A program made the translations under genes and the position numbers. The notes beneath the pieces are model-generated. The model was given only the letters and a program-made list of their open reading frames with translations, made no database searches and was not told where the DNA came from. From Paraspadella gotoi (taxonomy: Eukaryota; Animalia; Chaetognatha), in contig CM119269.1 of the NCBI GenBank assembly GCA_051294375.1, positions 18,650,471 through 18,714,470 on the forward strand: a stretch of DNA of 64,000 nt. The letters are read 5' to 3'. Of the stretch, positions 40,138-62,839 are shown piece by piece; the first letter of the stretch is position 1, and each line of letters opens with the position of its first letter.

Positions 40138-43100
40138 TCAATCGATGCTCTTCTGTTCGGTCTTAGATAAAAGACCTTCCTCTTGCAACCACCGTTTGTG
40201 GTCGAAATAATGTTCCAATCGCGCCAGTCCGTACCTAGTGGGGAAAGATAAATTGTCAAAGATGATTATCTGAAATTTTTTTAAAAAATAGTAATTTATT
40301 TAGATAGCTTTATTCTGGCTAAACTTTATCACATTTCGGAAAAAGGTACATCGTGATCCCGTAACTAAAATCACCATCTCCTGCAAATTTATTTTCCGAC
40401 TCACTCGTTGAATCCAAAATTTATTTTGGAAAGGGTCGCCTGACGCAAGGCCCAAAGCGCCCATACAAAGTGCGTGAATAGAGAAAACACGTTGGTTTCA
40501 CGGTAGAGGCTCTCCAGTTCCTCTTGGTCGCACGCGGTTTCTGGGAGGGAGAAAGAAAAAACAAACGCAGTTAAATTTTATTTCTATAATTTAAAAAAAA
40601 ATTCGAAAGAAAACAAAAAGTAAAACCGAAACGTCAATAAAATTTAACCAACTTACTTAAATGTTCGTTGTTTCTCTTTCTTCGTTTCGTCTTTTGCGTC
40701 GAAATACCGTTCAACGTCTTCAGGTAGGATTTGAAAAACTTCATCTAAAACGAATGATGACAGATCACCCCGACGTCTCAAAGACGGTTATTAAAAGGCC
40801 CTAATAGCTTAATTCACTCGCAAAATCCGAGTATCACTGCCAGCTTATAACTCCTCCTCCAGCCCCAGAGGCAGAAGGAGATTAACCTGGAGGTCTCTCT
40901 ATAGTCTATACGATCTCTATACGATCGGGTCCCACCATCGCACCTGCTCCTTTCTGTCCGGATAAGCGCATCTGTCCACGACGAAGTGGGGGAACTCCTC
41001 GGCTTCGTAGTCGTAGCAGTATTCGTTAAAGTGTTGGGCGATGTCGAAGCCGCGGTGGTTGTAGGCCGCGTACTCGAAGTCGATCAGGCGGATGTGGTCG
41101 CCGCCGTCGTCGTCGTCCGCGGCGGAGGTGGAAGAGGTGGTGGCGGCGACGTCGTCGACTTCGTCTTCTTCGGAGACGTCGGGGGAGGAGGAGGAGGAGG
41201 AGGAGGAGTCTCGGTCGGCGAGGCCGTTGATGAGCCTGTATGGGGATGGAATGAGGCGAATATTGAGACGAGATTCTCATTTACATGTTTTAAGAATATA
41301 AAATTCTTCGCCCGTGTTTTTGATTTAAAAGATAAAACAACATTTGTTGTATGAAACTCACTTTCTTTCTGGGTCTCGCTCGATTATGAGAACGTTTCCC
41401 TCTTGAAGATCGTTGTGGCAGAGGACCACCTAAAGAAAAGCTACATCATCGTCTTTGTCATCTTAATTTATTTTGTCGTTTGCGTCTAAGTCTATCTTTA
41501 TCATAATCATCTTCATCGTCTTTTTATCGTCATTGTCATTAATGTTGTCATCCCTCGCCTTTGAAGGAGTTGACTCGACGATATGTTTGATCTTTTCCCA
41601 CTCCGCGTCCAGATCGAGTCCAGTGGGAAATCGAAGGCCCGACCTTTCGCAATCCGCTAGCAGCGGGCGCAGCTCGTCGAGCCACTTCTGCGTCAGGGAC
41701 GTCATGAAGCTGGAGCCGGAGAAAGAACAGTTCAAGCATGATACAGATTACATAGTAAAAACGAAAGGGAAGTTAAGAAATTTAGTGGATATAAAATATA
41801 CATTATACTTATTCATTTTACAATTAAATACAAGGAAAACAAAAATTAGCCCAATAAAACTTCCTTCCATCTATAATATCTTTTTCCTCTGGAGTAAAAA
41901 GGCTGCAATAAAATTACGGTATTTCTCTCATCTCTTTTCGAGGTTCGATTCTTATATCTTCCCTTGTATTTGCTATCTCTAATTTCTTTTTTAATGCATT
42001 ATTTTCCCCATTTGCTTAATCTAATCTTTCCCCTTAACCACAAATCCCCCAACCTATCCTCACGTGGGCTTCTTCTTGAGAGGGAGATCCATGGAGTGGA
42101 ACTTGGCGAGTTCGGCGGCGATTCGCTTGGCGACGCCGGGGACTCGAAGCTCCTTGCATCGAAGACTGCGGGAATTCTGAAAAGTTGTTGAAAATGGGGA
42201 AAAAAATGTATAAAATAAAAAAAGTTTAATTTAAGAAAGCAATCTATCAATGTATCAATTAATAAAACCATCAATAAATCAATTAAAAGATTAATTCATT
42301 GACTTGTTCACTCAAAACGAATTTAGACTTGAATATATATGTATATATTATTAACTATTAACCAACTCGTACCAAAAAAAATTCAATGATTCCAATTCAC
42401 CAATCAATCAATCGCCTCCGAGGATATTCACCGATATGAAATGCTCGATCCTCCCCCGCTTAAAAACCCCGTAGAGTCGAGGGCCGAAGTTTTTCTCAGC
42501 CAAAAGCGCGAAGACGACGGCGTCGATGACGACGCCGCCTGCGTTGTCGCTCAGGATTTCGCCGTAGAGCCTGGGAAGTAGAAGGGAGAGGGAGAGGGAG
42601 AGGAGGGGTAGGGGAAGAAAGAGAGGGAGTGATAGGAAAGGACAAGACGGGGGACGAAACTAATTATAAAAAGTCTGCGATTGTTAATTTCTTTGGGATT
42701 TCGGTTATTTAAAATTTAAAACGAAAGTTCGGGGCCTTTTTTAGGAATGGCAAGAATTATATAAAAATGTATGTCAAAACGTTTTTGATATTGTTGTCAC
42801 CTGTAAATAACTGCTCTCGGTTCGCGATCGATGATCGGAACTGAAGGCACGAGTTCGCACTTGAAGTGATAGTTGCTAAGTCCTCCTCTGGATTCGGTGA
42901 AGGGAGCCGTGGATTAGGAGTGAAAAGAATTTGGGGAGCCGGTGGAGAAAACGGCGGAAAGAAAAAGACGAAGGGAGTGAGTCAATCGATGCAATATTTT
43001 GAAAGTATCGCCATTTTATTTTTCATTTCTCTCTATCTCTCTCTCTCTTTTTTTTAAGGGCCTAACTTAGTGCCTAAAGCCCCACTCGGATAAATATTCA

Positions 43101-43278
43101 ATGTTCTCTCTGTCTCTCTCTCTCTCTCTCTCCCCTCTTACTTGATCCGCGTAATGACGATCTCCTCGTCCTCCACCTCCTTCCAACTTCCCCACAAGAA
43201 CGTCCTCACTTTGACGAGGGCGTCTCGACGAACCGCTGCGGGGACGCCGTCAGAGGCGGAGAGAGACTGGATGGCCAT
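40138..43278 (-). CDS. CHK: Choline kinase (CHKA/CHKB-like choline/ethanolamine kinase)
   Basis: About 10 in-phase exons: GGLSN, RLYGEIL..VVFALLAEKNFGPRLYGVF..GRIEHFI, Brenner motif VVLCHNDLQEGNVL, choline-kinase motif LIDFEYAAYNHRGFDIAQHFNEYCYDY, HFVWALWA, EYGLARL. Confidence 0.95.
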
Positions 43279-43348
43279 CTCCTCCTCTGGAAGAAGGGGG
43301 CGAGGAAAAGGGGAGAACGGAGATGGAGGAATAATGTGGATTTTACAA

Positions 43349-43391
<43 letters not shown>

Positions 43392-44668
43392 ATAAAAAGG
43401 TAAAAAAAAACGAAATTAATCGAATTTTTAATTTTTTCTCGAGAATTTTTTAATCGCCGACTAATTACCGAAAATAGCTAGAGAGCAAGTTTGTGCCATT
43501 TATCCGATTTTCGACCGCTGAGCAGAAAAAGATTTTTTTTTACGCGAGGAACTTTGAAACAATATTTTCTTATTTTATTACCCCCTCTCCCTCGTTTACG
43601 TCTAGAAGAAGAGAGAGTGGGAGCGAGATAGAAAGACAGAGAACTGAGACGCAGACATTAGATTTTCAACCTTAGATATTAATCGGTGAACGTCGTCGTA
43701 ACTCAAGTTAACCACAGGAAATACGTACCTTGTCATTGTAAATTTTTTTTTCTATAAGTGCAGAATTTCACGTTAAGACAGCGTTTAAGGACGACGGTTT
43801 CACGAGCAAAAAAAATTAAAAAGACTCAATCAAGCGCGATCAGACGAAACCGAACTGACTAGTTAGGCGAATTTTAATAGAGATTATTTATTTCTTTATC
43901 ATGACTCACTCTTTACTTTTCTTTACAGATAATTACCGTTAGCTCAGTCAGTTTAATTCTTATTGTATCCTTCAATGACAAGCGATATAAACAGCTTTTT
44001 CAGTAATTGAAAGGATTGACGGAATGACAAAGAAACTAAGAAGTTGTATATTTTGAGAAAATACCCTTTTTAAAAAGTTGACGGGAACTGAGTTTAATTG
44101 CGAAATTAAATCCTGCCTAAGTTATTCTCTACTATTCCCAGAATGAAACAAGCAATCTAAAAATTAATCATTCTAACAACCAATCTAAAAAAGGCAATCT
44201 TGCTCTGACTTTTGACATGCCATGGTGGAGTTTGATTTTGTTTTATTTAGGATAGAGTTCCTAAATAAAATAAAATTTACATGATATTTTTTTTTATCAA
44301 TCAATAAAAAGACAAAAAAGTTTTTCCCAAAAGATATAGTGAAATCTAATTAGTAAACAAAGAAAATTCTTTTTATAACATTCTAAGTACTAGTGAGCTA
44401 AATTAGGAGGGACGATGCTTTGCTCAGGAGTGCAAAATGACCAGGGGTTGACTAGTAAAGAAGTGGTATCACATACAGTGTCATTGTAGATTTTTAGTTT
44501 CAATGAAAACCAAGCAAACGCGTGAAAAGATTATTCTTTAATAGACCGTGACTGTAATCAACGACGACGACGCAAACGACAGGCGCTCTCTTAAAATTTC
44601 TTTCGGCGATCACAAAAAGTTGTCAAATCAATCGGGAGAAACTCGGCGGTAATTCGGGTGACCAATCA

Positions 44669-48179
<3,511 letters not shown>

Positions 48180-48670
48180 TTTTTTAATCCGTCGTCTTTA
48201 TTCTTGGGTACTAGTTTTTTTTTTTCCTTTTTATTAAACTGAAAAAACACTAAAAAAAGAAGTTTCAAAATCAAAGAATCGAAGCGATACTAATATTAAT
48301 TGAATTAAACGACAAAGCCAAAGAAAAAAAAAAGAGCAAGACTCAAGGAAAAAACCGGAGAGGAAAAAAATATAAATATTTGATTTCAGGAGAAATTATT
48401 GCAAATCGGTTTACAAGCTGACATGTCTAGAATAACAAGATATAATTCTCGGCAGTAGAATGTGATTTCCCTTCGAGATCGAGTCTTTTTGATCTGTTCA
48501 GCTTTTTGTTATGATTCAGACGCTTTCACTATTTTACTAGTACGTACTATTACTTACTGGAACTAGTAAGACTTGTGATTTGAATTTTTTAATATAAAGG
48601 GTTAGTTTCTATGTAATTTGAACTTGGAAAAATAATAAGATGGTGAAAAAAAAGGCGAGAGAGAGAGAGA

Positions 48671-48765
<95 letters not shown>

Positions 48766-49426
48766 AAAGAAGACTATCAGCTAAATCATGTTAGGATCAC
48801 GAGAAGCTGACTCGCCTCATTCAAAAACACCAGGGACCAGGCCAGCAGATCACGTCAGGGAGACAGTGAAACAGAAAGAAAGAAAGAAACCGATAGTCGA
48901 ACCAAGAACACGGTTACAGATGCCGTTTTGTTTTTGACAAATGCCACGAACGAAATATAGCGATAGAAGCTTATCAAAGATGGCGCTCCAATTACTTTCG
49001 CTTAGTTTCACCTGCCACCGAAAGTTGCTCGGTTGTCTGATTTTTTTTTCGTGTCATGCGATAAAATTTTTTTAGAGGTTTTTAATTTAAGAATTTATTA
49101 TACCGTCGTCAGTGAGTCATTTTTTCGCGTTGTTAACATAGACAACACTAAACTATTGTTTAACTCTAAATAATTACATTTGAAAAAATCTACAAATTAC
49201 TCTGCTACAACGATCACATACACGGCTCGAAAAAAACCGTATGTACTGATGTTAATTAATTTTCAGTGTTACACTCTGTTATTGTATTTTAACACCGCTT
49301 CAAGACGATATTATTTTTCAATCAATTTCGCTTTATTATGATCGTATCTTGGATAATTTCCACTTTTAGTTCCTTTTAAAATCACGTGTTGTACAACTCA
49401 TAGTTGCGGAAAAAAACAGAAGCGCA

Positions 49427-49542
<116 letters not shown>

Positions 49543-49599
49543 TTTCTTTTTCGACCGCCATGGATGAGGAGCGTCAAATTAACATTCAATGGCACGTGG

Positions 49600-49955
49600 A
49601 AGAGCTGATCATGCAATGGCATCGATGGCACTCAAACTACCCATTGGACGCTCAAGACGGAGCGACGCCACGATTGGCCGTGAACGGAGCCGGTCGGGCG
49701 GGGCAGGGCGGGGGGCAAGAGTGCGAGCGAGTGCAGAGTGGCAAGAGGTCAGTGGCGTACGGCGGAAAAAGGGGAGAATCGACTGACCGACGAAAAGCTT
49801 GTAGGGTGTGATAAGATCGGTCAAGGCTCTCTTTCGTCACGAATCGTCCTCTGAACATCCGAAAGGTTGAGCGTCTTGGGGATTTCCGTCACGTGATCGA
49901 TGAACACGGCAAGCGTTCTGGTCTCGTGACCACAGAGATGATGACGTCATCGCGC
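49600..49955. promoter_or_regulatory. GC-rich regulatory island between the divergent PCYT1 and SLC22 genes
   Basis: ATTGG boxes at about 49643 and 49673, GGGCGGGG GC boxes at about 49696-49716, E-box GTCACGTGAT at 49888-49897 and CRE TGACGTCA at 49942-49949, all within AT-rich flanks. Confidence 0.5.
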
Positions 49956-52321
49956 CCATGCTTCGCTTTCGTTTGCAGAGACCGGCGTTCTGCGTCGATG
50001 TTTTCTTCTTCGTCTTCGCTTATTGGATGGACGATTTTAGAGATGAAGTCGTAAACAAATAAAAATGAATCTAATCGAAAATCTTGTTTTAATTCTTTTC
50101 GAGTTTTCTTAAAAGAAGGAACTTCATTCAAATATGAATAACCAATGTTGAATTTTTTTAGATTGATTATCATTAGTGCATTTGACATTTCCAGTTTGTG
50201 CAATCCAGTGTCTTAATGGGAGTTCCAAGGGAACACCTTTCGAAAATGTGATCGGGCAATTGATCGACGATAAAATTTTCAATTGCGTTTTAATTTATTT
50301 ATTCATTCATTAGTGCCTTTCATTAAAACAATTGAGCCTTTTCTCAGTATTTTCCCGGAATAAAAAAAAATCATCAAATTCATATCATGAACTAGTCTCC
50401 CTGTTTTGCACATGATTTAACTTGCTCGCTATTTTTATTACATTGTAAATAAGTAAGACTATCCAAACTCATATAATCGATTAAGGATTGTATTTACATT
50501 ACAAATCGTGCCAACAACTTGTTTGTCCACGATTGTTTTCACGTTTTCCAAACCAAACGAACCCACCGAAAGTAAATAAAGTTATTAGATGCTATGAAAT
50601 TGGTATAATCAATATAGGAAGTATCCATTCATTTAATAATATTTTATAGAAATTTTTTCTTATGTAATGATCTTATTTTAATAATTAAATAAAATTAAAA
50701 AAATTATTTTCCGGTATTAATGAAGGTAAGTATAGTAAGTTTAATTGACTAAAACTTTATTTACTATTAGTGATCTAAAAAAATTGGAAAAATCTTTCAA
50801 CGAACAATCAATAGGGTGATGAGGTAATGAGAATGAGATAGTGACACAAATTAACATTAATTAATTAACATTAATTGACCACGGAGTATTGGTCGGTCAT
50901 CCAGGCAGTCAAGGCCACGATTGGCAATAACTCATTACAGCAGAGTCGGTTTGATGTCACAATGAGAGAATTTGAATACAATTCCAATCCGACGATTAAA
51001 CAATAAAATTAACGTCATAAAATTATCGGGAAATGTATACAAAATCGTTGACTTAGAATGCCAATCGGGGGAAAATTAAAGTATATTATCAAAAGTACAT
51101 GACGAACCAAGATCCTTATGTCATTATATACAATAACATCGTATTTCCGTCGGAAGAATGAGAAAGTCATCAATTTTACGAGCGACATCAGACGCGTTTT
51201 GAGGGTCGATAGGGCGATCTTCTTATCACAACTGTGTCAACAAGGCGAAAACGCCCGAGTGGTAATAATATTACACAACAAAAGAGAAACTAAGTTAATT
51301 ACTTTGAAATTATAAGAAATTGTCGACGTACCCCTTTGCGGATCATAGATAACAAAAAATATTGGCTTAAAGATTGCGCGTACATTACTATTTACGTCTA
51401 GTCGCAAAATTAAAAAGAAAAAGGAAAAGTCAACTGAATATAAAATGAAAAGATGCAAAAAAGAGGAATTCTGTCCGTCGGATAACCCGTTTTAAAAGTT
51501 TTGGATTTCGTGTATAAATTGGATTAATAATAGACAAAGGTTGGTTATTTCAAATATTACCCAATTTTACGTACTATTCATAATCATGGATTTTTTTTCT
51601 TCAAATTAAAGACCCCCAACAATTTATGAACGACCGGTTACTTTTATCGCAAAGAATGTGAATGGTTTTTGACGTTTTATTTTTTTAAGTTTTCAACGTT
51701 TGATGTCCATTATCGACATGGCTACCACCTGTTGTTGTTTTTATGGTTTTTTAGAAAATAATTTTCCAAGTTTTTTTTTTCCCAGCGGTTCTTTTTTTTC
51801 CCCAAAAAAACTAAACTTCGGCCCGAAATCGAAAAATGGGATCGGATTGCGTTTGTGTTTTGAATGTTTGTGCTCGCGTACGAAACCTTTCGATTTTTTT
51901 TCTTTTCAAAAGTTGTGAAAAAAACAATTCTGTTTTTTTTTTTTTTTTTCAACAGAAAAAAATGAAAAGCGTGTTTTAAAAAACGAATAAATTTTTTTTA
52001 AATATAGTTTTTTTAAAAAAATGCTCACGCCAAATCTTAGACTTTATTATCATTTAGCAGTGACGAAAACAAAAGTTGTCACATATCACTGTTATCTTAG
52101 TTTTTATAGTTTTTTAAACTTTTTATTCTTCGACCAACGGATAAAACTTATTCTCACGTTATTTTCGCCTGCGTGTCTCGTCTTCTTCGTCGCAGAAAAC
52201 GAAAAGAACAAAAGTAATCGGAAAGAAGAACAAAAGAGACAGGGAAGAACGTCGAGGAAAATTCGTGGCATCGCGTAATTAAAAAAAAAAAAAAAAAAAG
52301 AACAAATCCAAAAGGCCCGAG

Positions 52322-58874
<6,553 letters not shown>

Positions 58875-59953
58875 TCTTCTTTGCCCGCTCTCTCTCCCTC
58901 TCTCTCTCTCTCTTTTTTCTCTGACACTCAAAACGCGCGGGCGGTTTCCGGTTTCCGAAATTAAAAAAAAACAAAAAAAACAACAAACAAACAAAGAAAA
59001 ATAAAAATTAAATACCTCTCCACCAAATTTAGTCGCAATTTGAAAGTAAACCTCCCAAGTCCAAAAGTATATTTTTTTTTATTACGTACTTGATATGAAC
59101 TTTTAATTAATGAATTACGCTTTTGAATATATAAATCGCTTTAACTTTCTGTTTATTTGCGTTTACTTGTGTTTTTACGAGCTTTATTTTTGTTTCGTTT
59201 CGTTTTCGTACTTAATAAAACGGTTTTTTTTATTGTTCTTTTATTTTTTTGAGGAACAAAAATGGTCAAATGGTCAAATGTAACATGAACTTTCCAATCA
59301 AATTGTTTGAGTAAAAATATTTACATCCGTGAGTAAAAAATCACAAAAAACCTGAGATATATATATTGCAAAATACAGCGAATAAGTGCGATACCATGGA
59401 GTTTTTAGAATTTGGTGATAAACTTGTATGGTCTTTTAATAATTAAGAATAATTAATAATCAAGAATTTTATTTTTTTGTTTTCAATTAATATGTTGACA
59501 AACCTTGACAAACCTCTTAGGCTCTAACTATTTTATTAACCAGGACCTAAAACAAACAATCTCGAGGTCAGAGCCGGCGAATCCCCCCAGTCAGGCTGGA
59601 TTAAATACATTAGTATTTATTATTTGTTTATATTTGCTTTCTTTTCATTCAGTGTCAAACTCAGGTTATCGATTTTATTTGTTTCCCTTGCATTCATTTT
59701 TAATAAGGAATCGCAACATTTTCTAACAAAATATTAATATTTTTTAAAGAATTTTTATTTCATTCAAAGTCGCCCACGCTACAAATCGTTTGAGAAGAAA
59801 CGTTTTTGAAAAAAAAAAATGAACTCATCGAGAGCTAACTTTTTGTTGTAAAATGCCATTTTATCGTTTTATCGTTCCTCGTTTTTTTACTTCGCCTACC
59901 TCGACGCCCGAACTTCGTGACGCCGGTTTCGGTTTCCGCCCAGCACCGTCGCC

Positions 59954-62839
59954 ATGAAAATTGTTCGTATGCGGCGCGTCTTAGCAACTCTGGCTTCATC
60001 CGGGGTCCTCCTGATCATGGTGATACTGTGGCCCCGGTCACGCGACAAATCTCCGCCCACGCCACTCACCGACAACGTCTTCGTATTCGGGATTTTTAGC
60101 GACTTGCAGTTCTCGAGCCTCGCCGAAAATGGCACGGATCTTGAGAGTGGGCGAACGCGTTACTATCGGGACTCGCTGGTGCAATAACATTGATTATTAG
60201 ATTGCATAGAAACTGGTTAATTGTACGACATAGTATGTGATGGAAAGTGATGTGAAAACGCGGTTCTTTTGATAGGAGGAAAAAGAAAATCGAAATATTG
60301 TGGCAGTATATTCACACCGCCTCACCTCCAGCTTTATTCAGCCAATTCCATTCACCATCCAAGCTTTACGTTCCATCCACAGTGCTAACGATTTAATTTA
60401 TATCTTAGTTTATATTTTTTTTTCAAGTCAAATGATTTTATTCAGCAGATTAATATATAAGGAAACGTATCAAATACTATGAGTTGCCTTATTTTTTCAT
60501 AATTTAACAAGTGTACCTAATTTTCATCCAATTTTTACGAAATAACTTAATAACTTACCGAAAAATCTAGAACTGTCGACTTTTCTAACAACAAAAATAG
60601 TGATAGAACTGACAAGCCTTCCCAATGGGCGCGGTCGTAAAAGCATATGCCGCCTTCTCTGAACACTTGGAGAAGGTCATGGTTGCCTAAGATGATTTTT
60701 TTAATAGATTATGTTGTAATTACAACTCTACATGCTTACAATTTTCAAATCATAATTCGATTATTTACCCATCTAAAATATTTTTTTAATTTAGTTCCAA
60801 AAGAGCTGGACCTCCCTGTATAATATAATTTTTTTTAAATATTTTTTTACTCAATTTGTTCAATGAAAACAAAACTGTTTGAAACATTAATTAGTGGTTA
60901 AGATCGACCACCTTTTTTTATTCTAAAATAATAAGCAATTAAAAAAAACTACGTACCATTTTTTCCTACAATCTTTAATTTGTATGTCTATTTTTTTATA
61001 TAATTGGACTGTCTTTAAAATATATGTCTTTATATCATAAAATCTTTATCTTTCTAAGATCTTTTGGCCAACAGTTTTGTCAATAATTTTTTTTGCCTGT
61101 TATAAATTAAATTATTAAAAAGTTATAAATGAACGGAGATATAAATTAAATAAATTACATTTTTTAGTTTATTTAAATTTTGGGTTTTTTTTTTTGGTTA
61201 ATTTTTCCATAAATATTAATCATAAAGAGCTGGGAATAAGCTTAAAAGGAAGGTGACATCCTATAGTTTCCAGTCCATATATAATAACTAAAGTAATATC
61301 AAATTATTATGATTAAATGTTTAAAAATATAATTAATTTTTTTTAAAAATTTGAATAATATACTTATAATAAGGGATAATGAAAAATTTTAATTTAAAGA
61401 AGACTGTTTATAGAACTCGAAGGTCGTAGAAAGTTTGAGTTTATTGATATGGATACTGGATATTGGAAAGACATATAAATGTTTATATTGAGTCTTTATT
61501 TTGCGGCGCAAAAAAAAGTAGACACTTGTTAGCTTTAAATACCCCACTATTTCTTTTTGAATTCTGAGAAAATATTTATGAAAAGCAGGGACGGCGAGAG
61601 AAATGGCGGGCCCCCCCACTGGCCCCCTGACCGCCCCCCCCTGCTCTCCATAATTTTAGTTTTTATTTTCGATTACCGGCTTTCTTCTTTGAGAATTGCT
61701 CCAGTGCTCAAACTTCTGCCTCCACTTCTTTTTTTCTTCTTCTTTTCTTTTTTCTTCTTTCTTTCCTACTTTTTTCTCTGAGGCAAATGAAACTTACCTA
61801 GTTAAACTACATAAAAAAAAACTGGATTTAAAAAAAATGTGCCTAAGCTCTTGTCCTGACAGGAACCTTTCAGATTTTTATCGTTCCAAAAATGGATTTT
61901 ATTTTTCCTCCTATCAAAAGAATCGTGGGAAATAAAAATGTATAACACACCATCTCAGGCGTAGTGTTCCATCCACAGTCCTAACGACTTCCCTCTGCGT
62001 TGGCAAAGCGAGACCGTCCTAGGGTAACCGCGTCAGTGACAGGAGGCGTCACTGAGGGTCAGAAGCTCCCAAAGCCAACAGTGAGATGCCCCATCCCAAT
62101 GGGCATCACAGGCAACCCGGCTGTTGCCATTGAATGATAATACTGTTCCAATTGAAAACGCTATTTAGTTATTAAAAACTTCAATCGTTTAAACTATGGT
62201 CCACAGCATAAATCTATTCAATTTTAGGTGAAACTGCGACGAGCTGTCGACGACTGGCGTCGAAGCCGCGTTCGCCTGATTCTCAATCTCGGCGACATTC
62301 TAGACGCCTCTAGCACCCGCCTTGGGCGACGTCGCGAGGACCTGGCGGCGGTGGAGCGGGAATTCGGACGCCTGCTCCTGCCCACTGGTGGCGGAATCAG
62401 AAGTGAACTCGGCGGCGGCAGCCACGGCACCGAAGTGCTCCATTTGATCGGCAACCATGACCTCTACAACGCCGATTTAGGCGAGTGGCAACGAATTCTG
62501 CTAGAATCGATGACTATGTCAGTGCCTGGACCCGATTTCCGGCGCTCCTTTTCACCGACGCCCGGAGTTCGCTTCCTTGTGCTCCACAGTTACGCCCTCA
62601 GCGTGCTCGGCGGCGACGGGATGATGGGCGGCCTCGACGGGAGGGCACTGCTTAACGCGCGAAACCCGAACTACAACAAGAACTTGGTCAAAAATCTTGA
62701 GGGTGTCGAGCGGAGGTGGACCGCCTACAACGGGGGACTCGGCGACGAGCAGCTCGAGTGGTTGCAAGCCAGACTGACTGCGGCGTCGGCGGCCGGCGAG
62801 AAGGTCCTACTCTTTTCTCACATCCCTCTTCATCCGCAG
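59954..62839 (+). CDS. ADPRM: Mn-dependent ADP-ribose/CDP-alcohol diphosphatase (ADPRM-like metallophosphoesterase) with an N-terminal signal anchor; 3' end not found in the window
   Basis: Exons 59954-60178 and 62228-62839: FVFGIFSDLQF (DxQ), RYYRDSL|VKLRRAVDDW, LNLGDILD, GNHDLYN, RRWTAYNGGLGDEQLEWL, FSHIPLHP. The final GHxH motif is expected downstream. Confidence 0.9.
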
